A stretch of 47,284 nt of DNA from an uncultured Porphyromonadaceae bacterium (GTDB lineage: Bacteria > Bacteroidota > Bacteroidia > Bacteroidales > Muribaculaceae): positions 1-47,284 of the forward strand of contig CAMWLX010000001.1 of the NCBI GenBank assembly GCA_947175225.1, read 5' to 3'. This document shows, piece after piece, positions 27,794 through 35,986 of this stretch. Position 1 is the first letter of the stretch, and every line of letters begins with the position of its first letter. The notes beneath the pieces are model-generated. The model was not told where the DNA came from. It ran no database searches and saw nothing but the letters and a program-made list of their open reading frames with translations. The position numbers and the translations under genes are program-made.

Positions 27794-30595
27794 ATGAATA
27801 GTTTTGGAAATAGAATAGCTATTATATTAGCAATTGTAGTTGCTTTCGCCACAAAAGCCGAAAGCCTGACCGACTATATCGACCCGAGAATAGGCTCCGA
27901 AGGACTCGGCCGTGTCTTCATCGGCCCATGCACTCCCTTCGGCATGGTACGCCCTTCCCCCGACTGCACACCCTCACCAAACAGCGGCTGGCTCCCCATC
28001 CCAGAGCGAGTCGACGGCTTCGCTCAAGTCCATGTCAGCGGCACCGGCGGCGGACCCAAATACGGCAACATCCTCCTCCAACCCTTCTCCGGCAACCTCG
28101 ACCACACCGACATCTTTGCCCAACGAGAGTCCGAAACCATCCTCCCGGCCTATTATTCCACTACATATGCCGACTCAGGCATTAAGACCGAAATTACTGC
28201 CTCCGACCGCACTTCCGCCTACCGTTTCATATATCCTGAAAAGGGAGAAAAATGTCTGAAAATTGATGCAGGATTCTTCTTAGGTGAGTCGCCGGTGCCG
28301 GATGCCCGAGAAGCCCAGCAGTTCGTCGGCTCTGAAATCCAAATTCTTTCCGACACCGAAATATCCGGTTATAGCCGCATCCGCGGCGGCTGGAACAATG
28401 GCCGTGCCTATACAGTCTATTTCTATGCAAAATCCGATGTCCCCTTCTCCAACACTGCCACATGGAAAGGAAACAATATCAGCAATGCCACAGCCCAATT
28501 CGACTCAGGAGAAAAGACTGGGACTCTGATTGCATTCCCTGAAAAGACCGACACCGTCAATTTCCGAGTAGGAATATCATTCATAAGTCCACTAAAGGCA
28601 AAATATAATTATGAGACAGAATCAGCATCCAAGACCTTCGACGAAATCAGAGCAGAATCCCTAAATAAGTGGGACGCAGAACTGCGCAAGATAGAAGTGC
28701 ATCCTGACACCCCCGACAATTACAAGAGAATGCTATACACTGCCCTTTACCATACAATGCTGATGCCCTCCGACCGTACCGGCGAAAATCCTTTATGGAC
28801 CGATCCCATACCCTACTATGATGACTTCTACGCCCTTTGGGATACCTACCGCACATCAATGCCCCTCCTTGCCATAATCGCACCCCAACGTCTCGCCGAC
28901 ATGGTCAATTCACTCGTGAATATCGGAAAGCGCGATGGCTTCATGCCCGATGCCCGCAGCGGAAATGCCAACGGGCGCACACAAGGAGGTTCAAATGCCG
29001 ATGTAGTGATAGCCGATGCCTGTGTCAAAGAGATTCCGGGGGTTGACTATGAAGCAGCCCTGAAGCAGATGATCCATGATGCCACTGTTCCCCCCGGCGG
29101 AAATGAGGAGGCAGAAGGCAGAGGGGGGTTAAGAGAATATCTCGCATTAGGCTATATTCCCCATGGAATTGCACGTGCAGGCAACCGAACCGTGGAATAT
29201 TCCCTCTGCGACTTCGCCATCCATCAAGTGGCAAAGAAATTGGGGAAGCAAGATATAGCCGATAAATATCTGAAGCAATCCGAATCATGGAAAAATCTAT
29301 GGAGACCCGATTATGAGCACGACGGCGCAAAAGGCTTCATCATGCCTCGCGATGCTAACGGAAACTGGCTTGATTCCCTACCTTTCGGACACTCCAAACT
29401 TCAGCATCCCACTTACAGCTATACTCCCCTCACCTTTGAAGGTCCATGGTACACTCCTTGGTGGGATATGTTCTTCTATGAAGCTTCTTCCTGGGAATAC
29501 TCCCTAAGCATTCCCCACGATGTGCCGGGACTGATTGAGAAATGCGGAGGTCCGGAAGCCTTCGAACGTCGCCTTGATACATTCTTCGCCAAAGACTATT
29601 TCAACGTCAACAATGAGCCCTCCTTTCTCTCCCCATGTCTATATCATTGGATAGGACGCCCCGACAAGTCAAGCAATACTATTCTTGAAATAATTGAGAA
29701 AAACTACAATGACTCCCCCGCAGGACTCCCCGGAAATGATGACTCCGGGGCAATGTCGTCATGGCTCATATTCAATATGGCAGGCATCTACCCCAACGCA
29801 GGGCATGACTACTATCTAATCCACTCCCCCATCCTTGAATCCACGACATTTCATCTATCTGATGGAAAGACTTTCACCATTAAAGCGGAAGGTCTCTCCC
29901 CTGAAAATAGGCATATCTCAAAAATGTACCTGAATGGAAAGCCATACGACTCATTCTTCCTAAAGCATTCCGACCTCGCCGCCGGAGGAGAACTAAAATT
30001 GATAATGACCGACGTAGGGGCGCACAGCTCACGCCTCCTCCCCATCGCCGACAAAATCCCCGAAGGCTCTGTAGGGACGCACGGCTCGTGCCTACTCCAA
30101 GACACTCTCAATGCCTCCTACAAACTCCACTGTCAAACCCGCCGCTTCAAATTCATCTTCGAGTCCACTGCCGATGGCGGCATGACCCTCCATTGGAGCA
30201 TAGTCCGCAACCTGAAACTATGGACCGGCACCTACACCATGACTCCCGAAGCAGTCAAAAACGGCAACGCCCAAAGCTACATAATGCCCGAAGATGGCAA
30301 CCACATCACACTCCCACCCAACGAAACCTTCGGCATAATATCGCAATCAGCTCTCAAAGACCTGAAAAAGAAAGGTCAATTCCTGTATAATGGTGTGCTT
30401 TGGCAAAAGACCGCTGACATAGACTCCCCCTCCGGCAAAGCCATCCAAGTAGAGGATCCGGAAGAAGGCGCCAAAATGACCATCCTCGACAATCCTCGCC
30501 TCCCCCTCATCCTATCCATGACCGGCAACCCACTCGAAATCAACTGGTCCGTCACTTCAAGTTTTCCCGTACCCGATCCAAGAATCCCTTCATAG
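27794..30595 (+). CDS. GH92 alpha-mannosidase with extra C-terminal domain
   Basis: Signal peptide from ATG 27794; YIDPRIGS, PFGMVRPSPD, HVSGTGG, WDTYRT, FYEASSWEY, NNEP, PGNDDSGAMSSW; ~165-aa extension after the GH92 core. Confidence 0.93.
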   Translation: MNSFGNRIAIILAIVVAFATKAESLTDYIDPRIGSEGLGRVFIGPCTPFGMVRPSPDCTPSPNSGWLPIPERVDGFAQVHVSGTGGGPKYGNILLQPFSGNLDHTDIFAQRESETILPAYYSTTYADSGIKTEITASDRTSAYRFIYPEKGEKCLKIDAGFFLGESPVPDAREAQQFVGSEIQILSDTEISGYSRIRGGWNNGRAYTVYFYAKSDVPFSNTATWKGNNISNATAQFDSGEKTGTLIAFPEKTDTVNFRVGISFISPLKAKYNYETESASKTFDEIRAESLNKWDAELRKIEVHPDTPDNYKRMLYTALYHTMLMPSDRTGENPLWTDPIPYYDDFYALWDTYRTSMPLLAIIAPQRLADMVNSLVNIGKRDGFMPDARSGNANGRTQGGSNADVVIADACVKEIPGVDYEAALKQMIHDATVPPGGNEEAEGRGGLREYLALGYIPHGIARAGNRTVEYSLCDFAIHQVAKKLGKQDIADKYLKQSESWKNLWRPDYEHDGAKGFIMPRDANGNWLDSLPFGHSKLQHPTYSYTPLTFEGPWYTPWWDMFFYEASSWEYSLSIPHDVPGLIEKCGGPEAFERRLDTFFAKDYFNVNNEPSFLSPCLYHWIGRPDKSSNTILEIIEKNYNDSPAGLPGNDDSGAMSSWLIFNMAGIYPNAGHDYYLIHSPILESTTFHLSDGKTFTIKAEGLSPENRHISKMYLNGKPYDSFFLKHSDLAAGGELKLIMTDVGAHSSRLLPIADKIPEGSVGTHGSCLLQDTLNASYKLHCQTRRFKFIFESTADGGMTLHWSIVRNLKLWTGTYTMTPEAVKNGNAQSYIMPEDGNHITLPPNETFGIISQSALKDLKKKGQFLYNGVLWQKTADIDSPSGKAIQVEDPEEGAKMTILDNPRLPLILSMTGNPLEINWSVTSSFPVPDPRIPS
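30014..30095 (+). repeat. Two GTAG-type REP-like elements inside GH92 interdomain linker
   Basis: GTAGGGGCGCACAGCTCACGCCTCC (from 30014) and GTAGGGACGCACGGCTCGTGCCTAC (30071-30095). Confidence 0.7.
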
Positions 30596-31325
30596 CCACA
30601 GAATCCCGACGATCGATGATAGACTTAAGCTCCGTCAGATTCTCCTGAATCCGGTCAAGCTGCGACGATGTATGCGGATTAAAGAGAATCTCCGTAAGCA
30701 GGAAGTCATCCTCATTCATCAACCCATGCGCTATCGCCATATGCCGCTTGAACGTAGTGCCCGGAGCATCCTGATGCTTCATTACGCTTCCAAAGACAAG
30801 CGTCGATGTAAATGGAATTGAGAGAGAATATGCTATTGTTTCGTCATGCTCCGCGAAAGTATAATCTTCTATATGCAGCCGCAACTTCTTATAAAGAGAG
30901 CGGAAAAACTCGCGTCCCTCCTCATCACCCTCCTTAATGATAATGGCATTCTCATTGGCAAGATTACTGAGAGATGCAAAAGTCGGGCCAAACATCGGGT
31001 GAGTCGACGTAAAGCGATATCCCTTTTCAGCATAAAATTCCGGAAGCCCGGTCTTGACACTGGCAATATCGCTGAGAATTGCCGTCTTAGGAATATATGG
31101 CAAAATCTTCTCAAAAGCCTCAATTGTATATTTCACAGTGGCCGCATTTATCACCAACTCAGGCATAAAATCCTGAGCCTCCTCAGGCTTCATGAAACGC
31201 TGCACATTGAAAGTGAACTTCAGATGCTCCGGATTCGGATCATAGATAGCCACATCATGGTCAAAACTGAGAAGATCACAAAAAAACGAGCCCATCTTCC
31301 CGGCTCCCAATATAAGTATTTTCAT
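30552..31325 (-). CDS. tyrA: Prephenate dehydrogenase
   Basis: ILILGAGKMG Rossmann motif, SDIASVKTG, STHPMFGP, EHDETIAY. Confidence 0.92.
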   Translation of the reverse strand: MKILILGAGKMGSFFCDLLSFDHDVAIYDPNPEHLKFTFNVQRFMKPEEAQDFMPELVINAATVKYTIEAFEKILPYIPKTAILSDIASVKTGLPEFYAEKGYRFTSTHPMFGPTFASLSNLANENAIIIKEGDEEGREFFRSLYKKLRLHIEDYTFAEHDETIAYSLSIPFTSTLVFGSVMKHQDAPGTTFKRHMAIAHGLMNEDDFLLTEILFNPHTSSQLDRIQENLTELKSIIDRRDSVAMKGFLDRVRENLK

Positions 31326-31370
31326 ATTTTGAGTTTATAGTTGTTAAGTTGAATGAATTGCATCCCCAGT

Positions 31371-31396
31371 GTAGTTAGCGCACTCCGTGCGCATCC
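31371..31396 (+). repeat. Intergenic GTAG-type REP-like palindrome
   Basis: GTAGTTA-GCGCAC-TCC-GTGCGC-ATCC. Confidence 0.6.
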
Positions 31397-31418
31397 TCCC
31401 GCGTCAAAAATAACTTGT

Positions 31419-32882
31419 TTACTCTGTAAGATCCTTCATTTCCGGGAATCTCTCCACCGGAATCTCCTTCATATCAGAAGTCAGATAAGCCTTAGCAGCA
31501 TCCACAGCTATCAGCACCACATCCTTTCCCATTTCCGGCTCATAATTTAATATCTTGTCTTTTGTCTTCCCAATATATTTCAGGCTTCCGTCCGTTGGGT
31601 CCATTGTCCACACATTCTTCTCCCTTCCCGATATCTTGCTGAAGTCAATTTCCATCGGCCGCCCCGTATGATTATAAGCCAACAAATAGTCTTTCCCTCG
31701 TGTCGCAAGAATCCTGTCATACCTTGTGCCATTGTTGATGACAATGCTTTGGTCCGCCACCCTCTCGAAATAAGGGAATGCGAGCATCAATCGCTTTAGA
31801 TACTTCATCTGCTTTCTGCCCGGATCGTCGATGGCCACATACCATGGTTTATTGATTCCGTCGGCAAAATATGCGGATGGAAGCCCCGGTCGAATAAACT
31901 GCATAATATTGTTGTGTCCGTATGTATGTCCGCAAGCCCCTCCGAATACCGACCAATAAGCATATCTCCTGACGTCTTTGTCTCCCCATAAAGGCTCGTC
32001 TGCACTGTGCAATCCCTTTGGTATATTCTCATAGCTCGGCTCCCCGTCAAGCACCGGCTTTACAGGCTGATGCTTACGCACTGAGTCGACATACATCCAT
32101 GAGTCCTCTTCTGTCCCGTCAGGAATAGGATAATCCTTATTCCCCATTCGCTGGTCATAGCGACGGTGACCACTCTGAAACATATGGAAGTCTAACCAGT
32201 CGCGGTCGGCAAACCATCTTGCCGAAGTCGTCCGTCCACGCGGATGGAAAGTCATCAGATGATCAGGGTCATTAGCCTTTATACTTTTCGCAAGAGCTTC
32301 CCATACCTCCGTCTTCACATCCCCCTGTATATCGCCTCCTATTATCCAGATAATGTTTTTCTTATTGCCATATCGCTTAGCCAGAAACTCACCGTAGGTT
32401 TTTGCCTGCTCCTCATCCATCAGACCTCCTTTCACCAATCCCCCCCAAATGCAAACCATGCCGATATAAATACCGTTGCGTTCTGCAGTGTCCACTATAT
32501 GGTCCATATGCTCCCAGTAGCCGTATTCTCCCGGCTTTGATGCCTCGCTTAGGTTCCATCCGTCTGGATGCGACATCTTCCCATAGCGGTTGAATGAGGG
32601 CACTCCGTTGAGCACTTGTATCTGTACTACATTAAATCCTTCCTGTGCTGTCTGCTCAAGATAATGCTGAGCCTCATCCCGGTCGAGCCGTTGCGGCAAC
32701 AGCCACCCCGTATCACCCAGCCAGAAGAAAGGCGTCCCATCCTCATGCTGCAGATACAGCCCATTTTCCGACACCCGCAGATCCCCGTGACTCCACGGCT
32801 TCTCTGCACCGAAGCCTGAAAAAGAAAAAATCCATAAAGCGACTTGGGTCAGAATCACTTTTAAAACCGTATCAATATTCAT
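31419..32882 (-). CDS. GH140 family glycoside hydrolase (apiosidase-like, DUF4038)
   Basis: Signal peptide; HEDGTPFFWLGDTGW, NIIWIIGGD, HLMTFHPRG, DFHMFQSGH, PVLDGEPSYE, GHTYGH. Confidence 0.88.
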   Translation of the reverse strand: MNIDTVLKVILTQVALWIFSFSGFGAEKPWSHGDLRVSENGLYLQHEDGTPFFWLGDTGWLLPQRLDRDEAQHYLEQTAQEGFNVVQIQVLNGVPSFNRYGKMSHPDGWNLSEASKPGEYGYWEHMDHIVDTAERNGIYIGMVCIWGGLVKGGLMDEEQAKTYGEFLAKRYGNKKNIIWIIGGDIQGDVKTEVWEALAKSIKANDPDHLMTFHPRGRTTSARWFADRDWLDFHMFQSGHRRYDQRMGNKDYPIPDGTEEDSWMYVDSVRKHQPVKPVLDGEPSYENIPKGLHSADEPLWGDKDVRRYAYWSVFGGACGHTYGHNNIMQFIRPGLPSAYFADGINKPWYVAIDDPGRKQMKYLKRLMLAFPYFERVADQSIVINNGTRYDRILATRGKDYLLAYNHTGRPMEIDFSKISGREKNVWTMDPTDGSLKYIGKTKDKILNYEPEMGKDVVLIAVDAAKAYLTSDMKEIPVERFPEMKDLTE

Positions 32883-32947
32883 CTAAATAGCTAATAAAAA
32901 TAATGCATATATAAATCCCAATTCCTCCACACTCTCAAAGTTTTCCA

Positions 32948-32955
32948 CAAAGATA
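32948..32955 (-). promoter_or_regulatory. -7 element upstream of GH140
   Basis: TATCTTTG on minus strand. Confidence 0.5.
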
Positions 32956-33011
32956 ATCAAAAATCAAATAGAATCCAAAAGCATCCAATCCCCAAAAGCC
33001 CCAATTTGTTC

Positions 33012-33227
33012 TGGTGTAAGAGCCTTCGGCTCGCCAATAGGTCCCAAAAAGGCGGCTTCTAAGTAGAAGTCGCCTTTGGATTGCGGAGTCAAATGCAATT
33101 ATGCATTCAGCATTCAGCATTATAAATTGATAAGATTACTTGCGAATAAACTTCTTGCCACTCTGAATAAGAATACCCTTAGCATCAGCATTAACGCGAA
33201 CACCCATCATATTGTAGATAGCAGCAT
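33012..33227. repeat. Direct repeat copy 1 (~215 bp: hairpin, terminator, heptamers, gene 3' end)
   Basis: Aligns with 34680-34897; 47 bp identical (33175-33221 = 34845-34891). Confidence 0.9.
33046..33077 (-). terminator. Rho-independent terminator after 304-aa gene
   Basis: Minus strand AAAGGCGACTTCT-ACTT-AGAAGCCGCC-TTTTT. Confidence 0.8.
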
Positions 33228-34050
33228 TCTCGTCAGAAGCTTCAATGGAATTCACAGCAGTAGTGTCATCAAACACTACTTCCGGAAGCGTCTCTGTAGC
33301 ACAGAAAGTAACAACCGGTTTGCTGTCAGTATATACAAAACCACCCATACAAGCTTTCGATCCAAGAGCAGAAACATAATATTCATTGTCAGCTTTTACA
33401 GGGAATGCAAGGAATCCCGTGCTTTCAGATGGAGCCTCCTCCAGACCGGCTGAAAGATATGGGAATTGTGGACGCATATCATTACTCTTAGAAACGTAAT
33501 AGGTGCTTGCATCTGCTGCGTTAAAATCTACCAAGCCGGCATTGTCACCTTCAGTATATCCCGGAAGAGTATAATAAATCTTATAATCCGGTCCTGCCAC
33601 GCCTAATGTATAAGCCACTCCGTCGTATGTATTCTCAAATACTACATACTGCTTCTTCGGATTGATCTTTGTAAAGAGAGTCATCCAACCATCTTTCTTA
33701 GCTTCAATCTTGAACACAGCTCCATCATACATCACGCCATCATTATAGCCTGTGAAACCGGGATTAGTAGAACCTACCGCTCCATACTCAAGAACGATTT
33801 CCTTACTGTCGTTGACTTTTACTGTCTGGTAGTCTTTCCACATCTGAGCATATCCCCAGGAATCATCATACGCAAGGCCAAACGTACCTGCTTCATTATC
33901 CACGATGACTATACCACCATCGAGATACTCTTTCGAGCTCGACAAACCGGCAGCCGTAAGTTGCTCCTCAGTAGCCAATCCGACTACTGTCTGTGCATTA
34001 GCAACAGATGCCAATGCAGCGATTGAAATAAAGAGTAAAGTTTTCTTCAT
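33136..34050 (-). CDS. Uncharacterised secreted protein with short T9SS-type C-terminal domain (paralog of 34806..35906)
   Basis: Signal peptide ending ANA-Q; shares YGAVG.TNP, GAVFKIEAKKDG, SALGSK..MGGF.YT, FCAT..LPEV and IYNMMGVRVNADAKG..IQ.GKKFIRK with its paralog. Confidence 0.85.
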   Translation of the reverse strand: MKKTLLFISIAALASVANAQTVVGLATEEQLTAAGLSSSKEYLDGGIVIVDNEAGTFGLAYDDSWGYAQMWKDYQTVKVNDSKEIVLEYGAVGSTNPGFTGYNDGVMYDGAVFKIEAKKDGWMTLFTKINPKKQYVVFENTYDGVAYTLGVAGPDYKIYYTLPGYTEGDNAGLVDFNAADASTYYVSKSNDMRPQFPYLSAGLEEAPSESTGFLAFPVKADNEYYVSALGSKACMGGFVYTDSKPVVTFCATETLPEVVFDDTTAVNSIEASDENAAIYNMMGVRVNADAKGILIQSGKKFIRK

Positions 34051-34077
34051 AAAAATTGTTATTATAGGTTAACGATG

Positions 34078-34107
34078 CAAAATTAATAAAATTTCACAAC
34101 ATCCAAA
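34078..34107 (-). promoter_or_regulatory. Predicted promoter of 304-aa gene
   Basis: Minus strand TTTG (34107-34104) - 18 bp - TAATTTTG (34085-34078). Confidence 0.55.
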
Positions 34108-34205
34108 ACTTTTTTATTTTTATTAACTCTTCCCAACCAACATCTTTTTCAAAAGTATTGTTTTACTTTAGAAATTATTAATCCCTCATAAAGAAAAAAC
34201 ACACT

Positions 34206-34652
34206 ATGAAAAAAATCTTAAAGCTCCTCCCTATTCTGCTTATTGCAGTTTTGGGCTTATCGCTCGCAAGCTGTAGCGACAACGATGAACCAATATCATC
34301 TCGTGATCTTCCTTCCATCTCCAAGGATTTCATCGCCGAATACTTCCCTTCTGCCTCCATAGTCTCGACCCAGAAAGACAAGGATGAATATGAAGTAGTC
34401 CTCTCAGATGGAACAAAAATTGAATTCGACAAGAAAGGAGACTGGATCGAAGTAGATGCAGTTCCTGGAAAAGCTCTCCCAACCGGGTTCTATCCGTCAG
34501 AAATAGACAACTATCTCTCACAGAATTTTGATGGCGAAGGCATAAACGAAATCACAAAGGTCAAACGTGGATATGAAGTTGAAATCACAACCGGGACAGA
34601 AATGATATTCGCACACGATGGTACCTTCATCGAAATCGGAGTAGACCGCTAA
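34206..34652 (+). CDS. PepSY-like (DUF2874) domain lipoprotein
   Basis: Lipobox LASC; LPSISKDFIAEYFP, YEVVLSDGTKIEFDKKGDW and its repeat YEVEITTGTEMIFAHDG. Confidence 0.88.
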   Translation: MKKILKLLPILLIAVLGLSLASCSDNDEPISSRDLPSISKDFIAEYFPSASIVSTQKDKDEYEVVLSDGTKIEFDKKGDWIEVDAVPGKALPTGFYPSEIDNYLSQNFDGEGINEITKVKRGYEVEITTGTEMIFAHDGTFIEIGVDR

Positions 34653-34679
34653 GCGAATAATAATAATTAAAGAAACTTT

Positions 34680-34897
34680 TGGTGAAAGAGCCTTCGGCTC
34701 GCCAACAATCCCAAAAAAGGCGGCTTCCGAGTGGAAGTCGCCTTTTGATTGCGGAGTCAAATGCAATTATGCATTCAGCACTATGCATTATGAATTAAAC
34801 CAATATTACTTGCGGATAAACTTCTTGCCATTCTGGATAAGGAGACCCTTAGCATCAGCATTAACGCGAACACCCATCATATTGTAGATAGGAGCAT
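34680..34897. repeat. Direct repeat copy 2
   Basis: Aligns with 33012-33227. Confidence 0.9.
34713..34746. terminator. Bidirectional rho-independent terminator between PepSY-like and 366-aa genes
   Basis: AAAAAAGGCGGCTTCC-GAGT-GGAAGTCGCCTTTT. Confidence 0.8.
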
Positions 34898-35906
34898 CAA
34901 CTGCAGCAGCTCCAATAGTCTCAACACCGGTTTCGCCTACTACAGGATCCTTACCAGGAGCAAAAGTCACTTCCGGGAGATCAGATGTTGCGCAGAAAGT
35001 GATAGTCGGCTCTTCTTCAGTATAAATAAAGCCACCCATCGGGACTTTAGAGCCAAGAGCTGAGATAAAATATGTATTGCCTTCCATAAAACCAGCCTCT
35101 GGATCAGGACCAATGACAGGGAAAGTAACGAATACAGTACCATTTCCTGGATTTGACTCCAGACCAGCTGCTATGTAGGGGAAAGTAGGCTTGTCCTGAC
35201 GTGGCTCAATATCTTCCATGACAGCTTTACCCTGCTGAGTCTTTCCATCAGCATCTTCCCATGTTGGGCGGTCACCTGCAACTACGTTTCCATCTTGGTC
35301 AGTCCAAAGAAGCTGACCAGCTTCATTCTTAGCTTGCTTCTGAGCAGCCTCGAAATATCTGTTATCCGGATTGTTGCTGAAATCAAGATAGCCATCTTCA
35401 TCATGAGGGAGCGTGTATGAGAAAACAACGCCTGAAGCATTCGCATAGCCAATTCTATAAGAGATATCACCCATCTGACCTTCCATTACGACGAATGCCT
35501 TGTTGCCTGCAAGTTTAGTAAACACTGTTACATAACCATCCTTCTTAGCCTCAATCTTAAAAACAGCACCGGCACTCTGAGCACCTTCCTGATAGCTGAT
35601 GAATGTGGGATTGGTATTACCAACTGCTCCATATTTTGGAAGATCGATTACATCTCCTCCATTGATTTGTACCTTTGAATACTTATCGTAAGTAGCTCCA
35701 GATTTCCATTTGTCAGCAAAAGCAAGATAGAAATCGCCAGCTTCTGATTCTACGAAAGGAACAGCAACCTGTTCGTCTGTAAGGTCAGATCCGTCGATTC
35801 CAACACGTTCCTGATCTTCTTGAGTTGCGAAAGCCACTATTGGCTCCTGCGCGTTTGCTGCTATAGCAACCATAGCAGCGGATGCAATGAGTAATGTTTT
35901 TTTCAT
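34806..35906 (-). CDS. Uncharacterised secreted protein with short T9SS-type C-terminal domain, last gene of susC/susD operon
   Basis: Signal peptide ending ANA-Q; TGVETI linker and IYNMMGVRV...IQNGKKFIRK; paralog of 33136..34050. Confidence 0.85.
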   Translation of the reverse strand: MKKTLLIASAAMVAIAANAQEPIVAFATQEDQERVGIDGSDLTDEQVAVPFVESEAGDFYLAFADKWKSGATYDKYSKVQINGGDVIDLPKYGAVGNTNPTFISYQEGAQSAGAVFKIEAKKDGYVTVFTKLAGNKAFVVMEGQMGDISYRIGYANASGVVFSYTLPHDEDGYLDFSNNPDNRYFEAAQKQAKNEAGQLLWTDQDGNVVAGDRPTWEDADGKTQQGKAVMEDIEPRQDKPTFPYIAAGLESNPGNGTVFVTFPVIGPDPEAGFMEGNTYFISALGSKVPMGGFIYTEEEPTITFCATSDLPEVTFAPGKDPVVGETGVETIGAAAVDAPIYNMMGVRVNADAKGLLIQNGKKFIRK

Positions 35907-35943
35907 TGTAACTAATTTTTAATTAAACATATAGTATAGATGC

Positions 35944-35974
35944 GGTAACGGCAAAGCAAAACTTCACCGCTACC
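35944..35974 (-). other. Intra-operon RNA hairpin
   Basis: Minus strand GGTAGCGGTGAAG-TTTTG-CTTTGCCGTTACC, 13-bp stem with G-U pairs, no U tail. Confidence 0.5.
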
Positions 35975-35986
35975 ATTTAGTTTTCG

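Noticed and set aside
33012-34897. CRISPR array or diversity-generating retroelement TR/VR pair
   Set aside because: Only two copies, no spacers, no cas or reverse transcriptase gene, and mismatches are not adenine-specific
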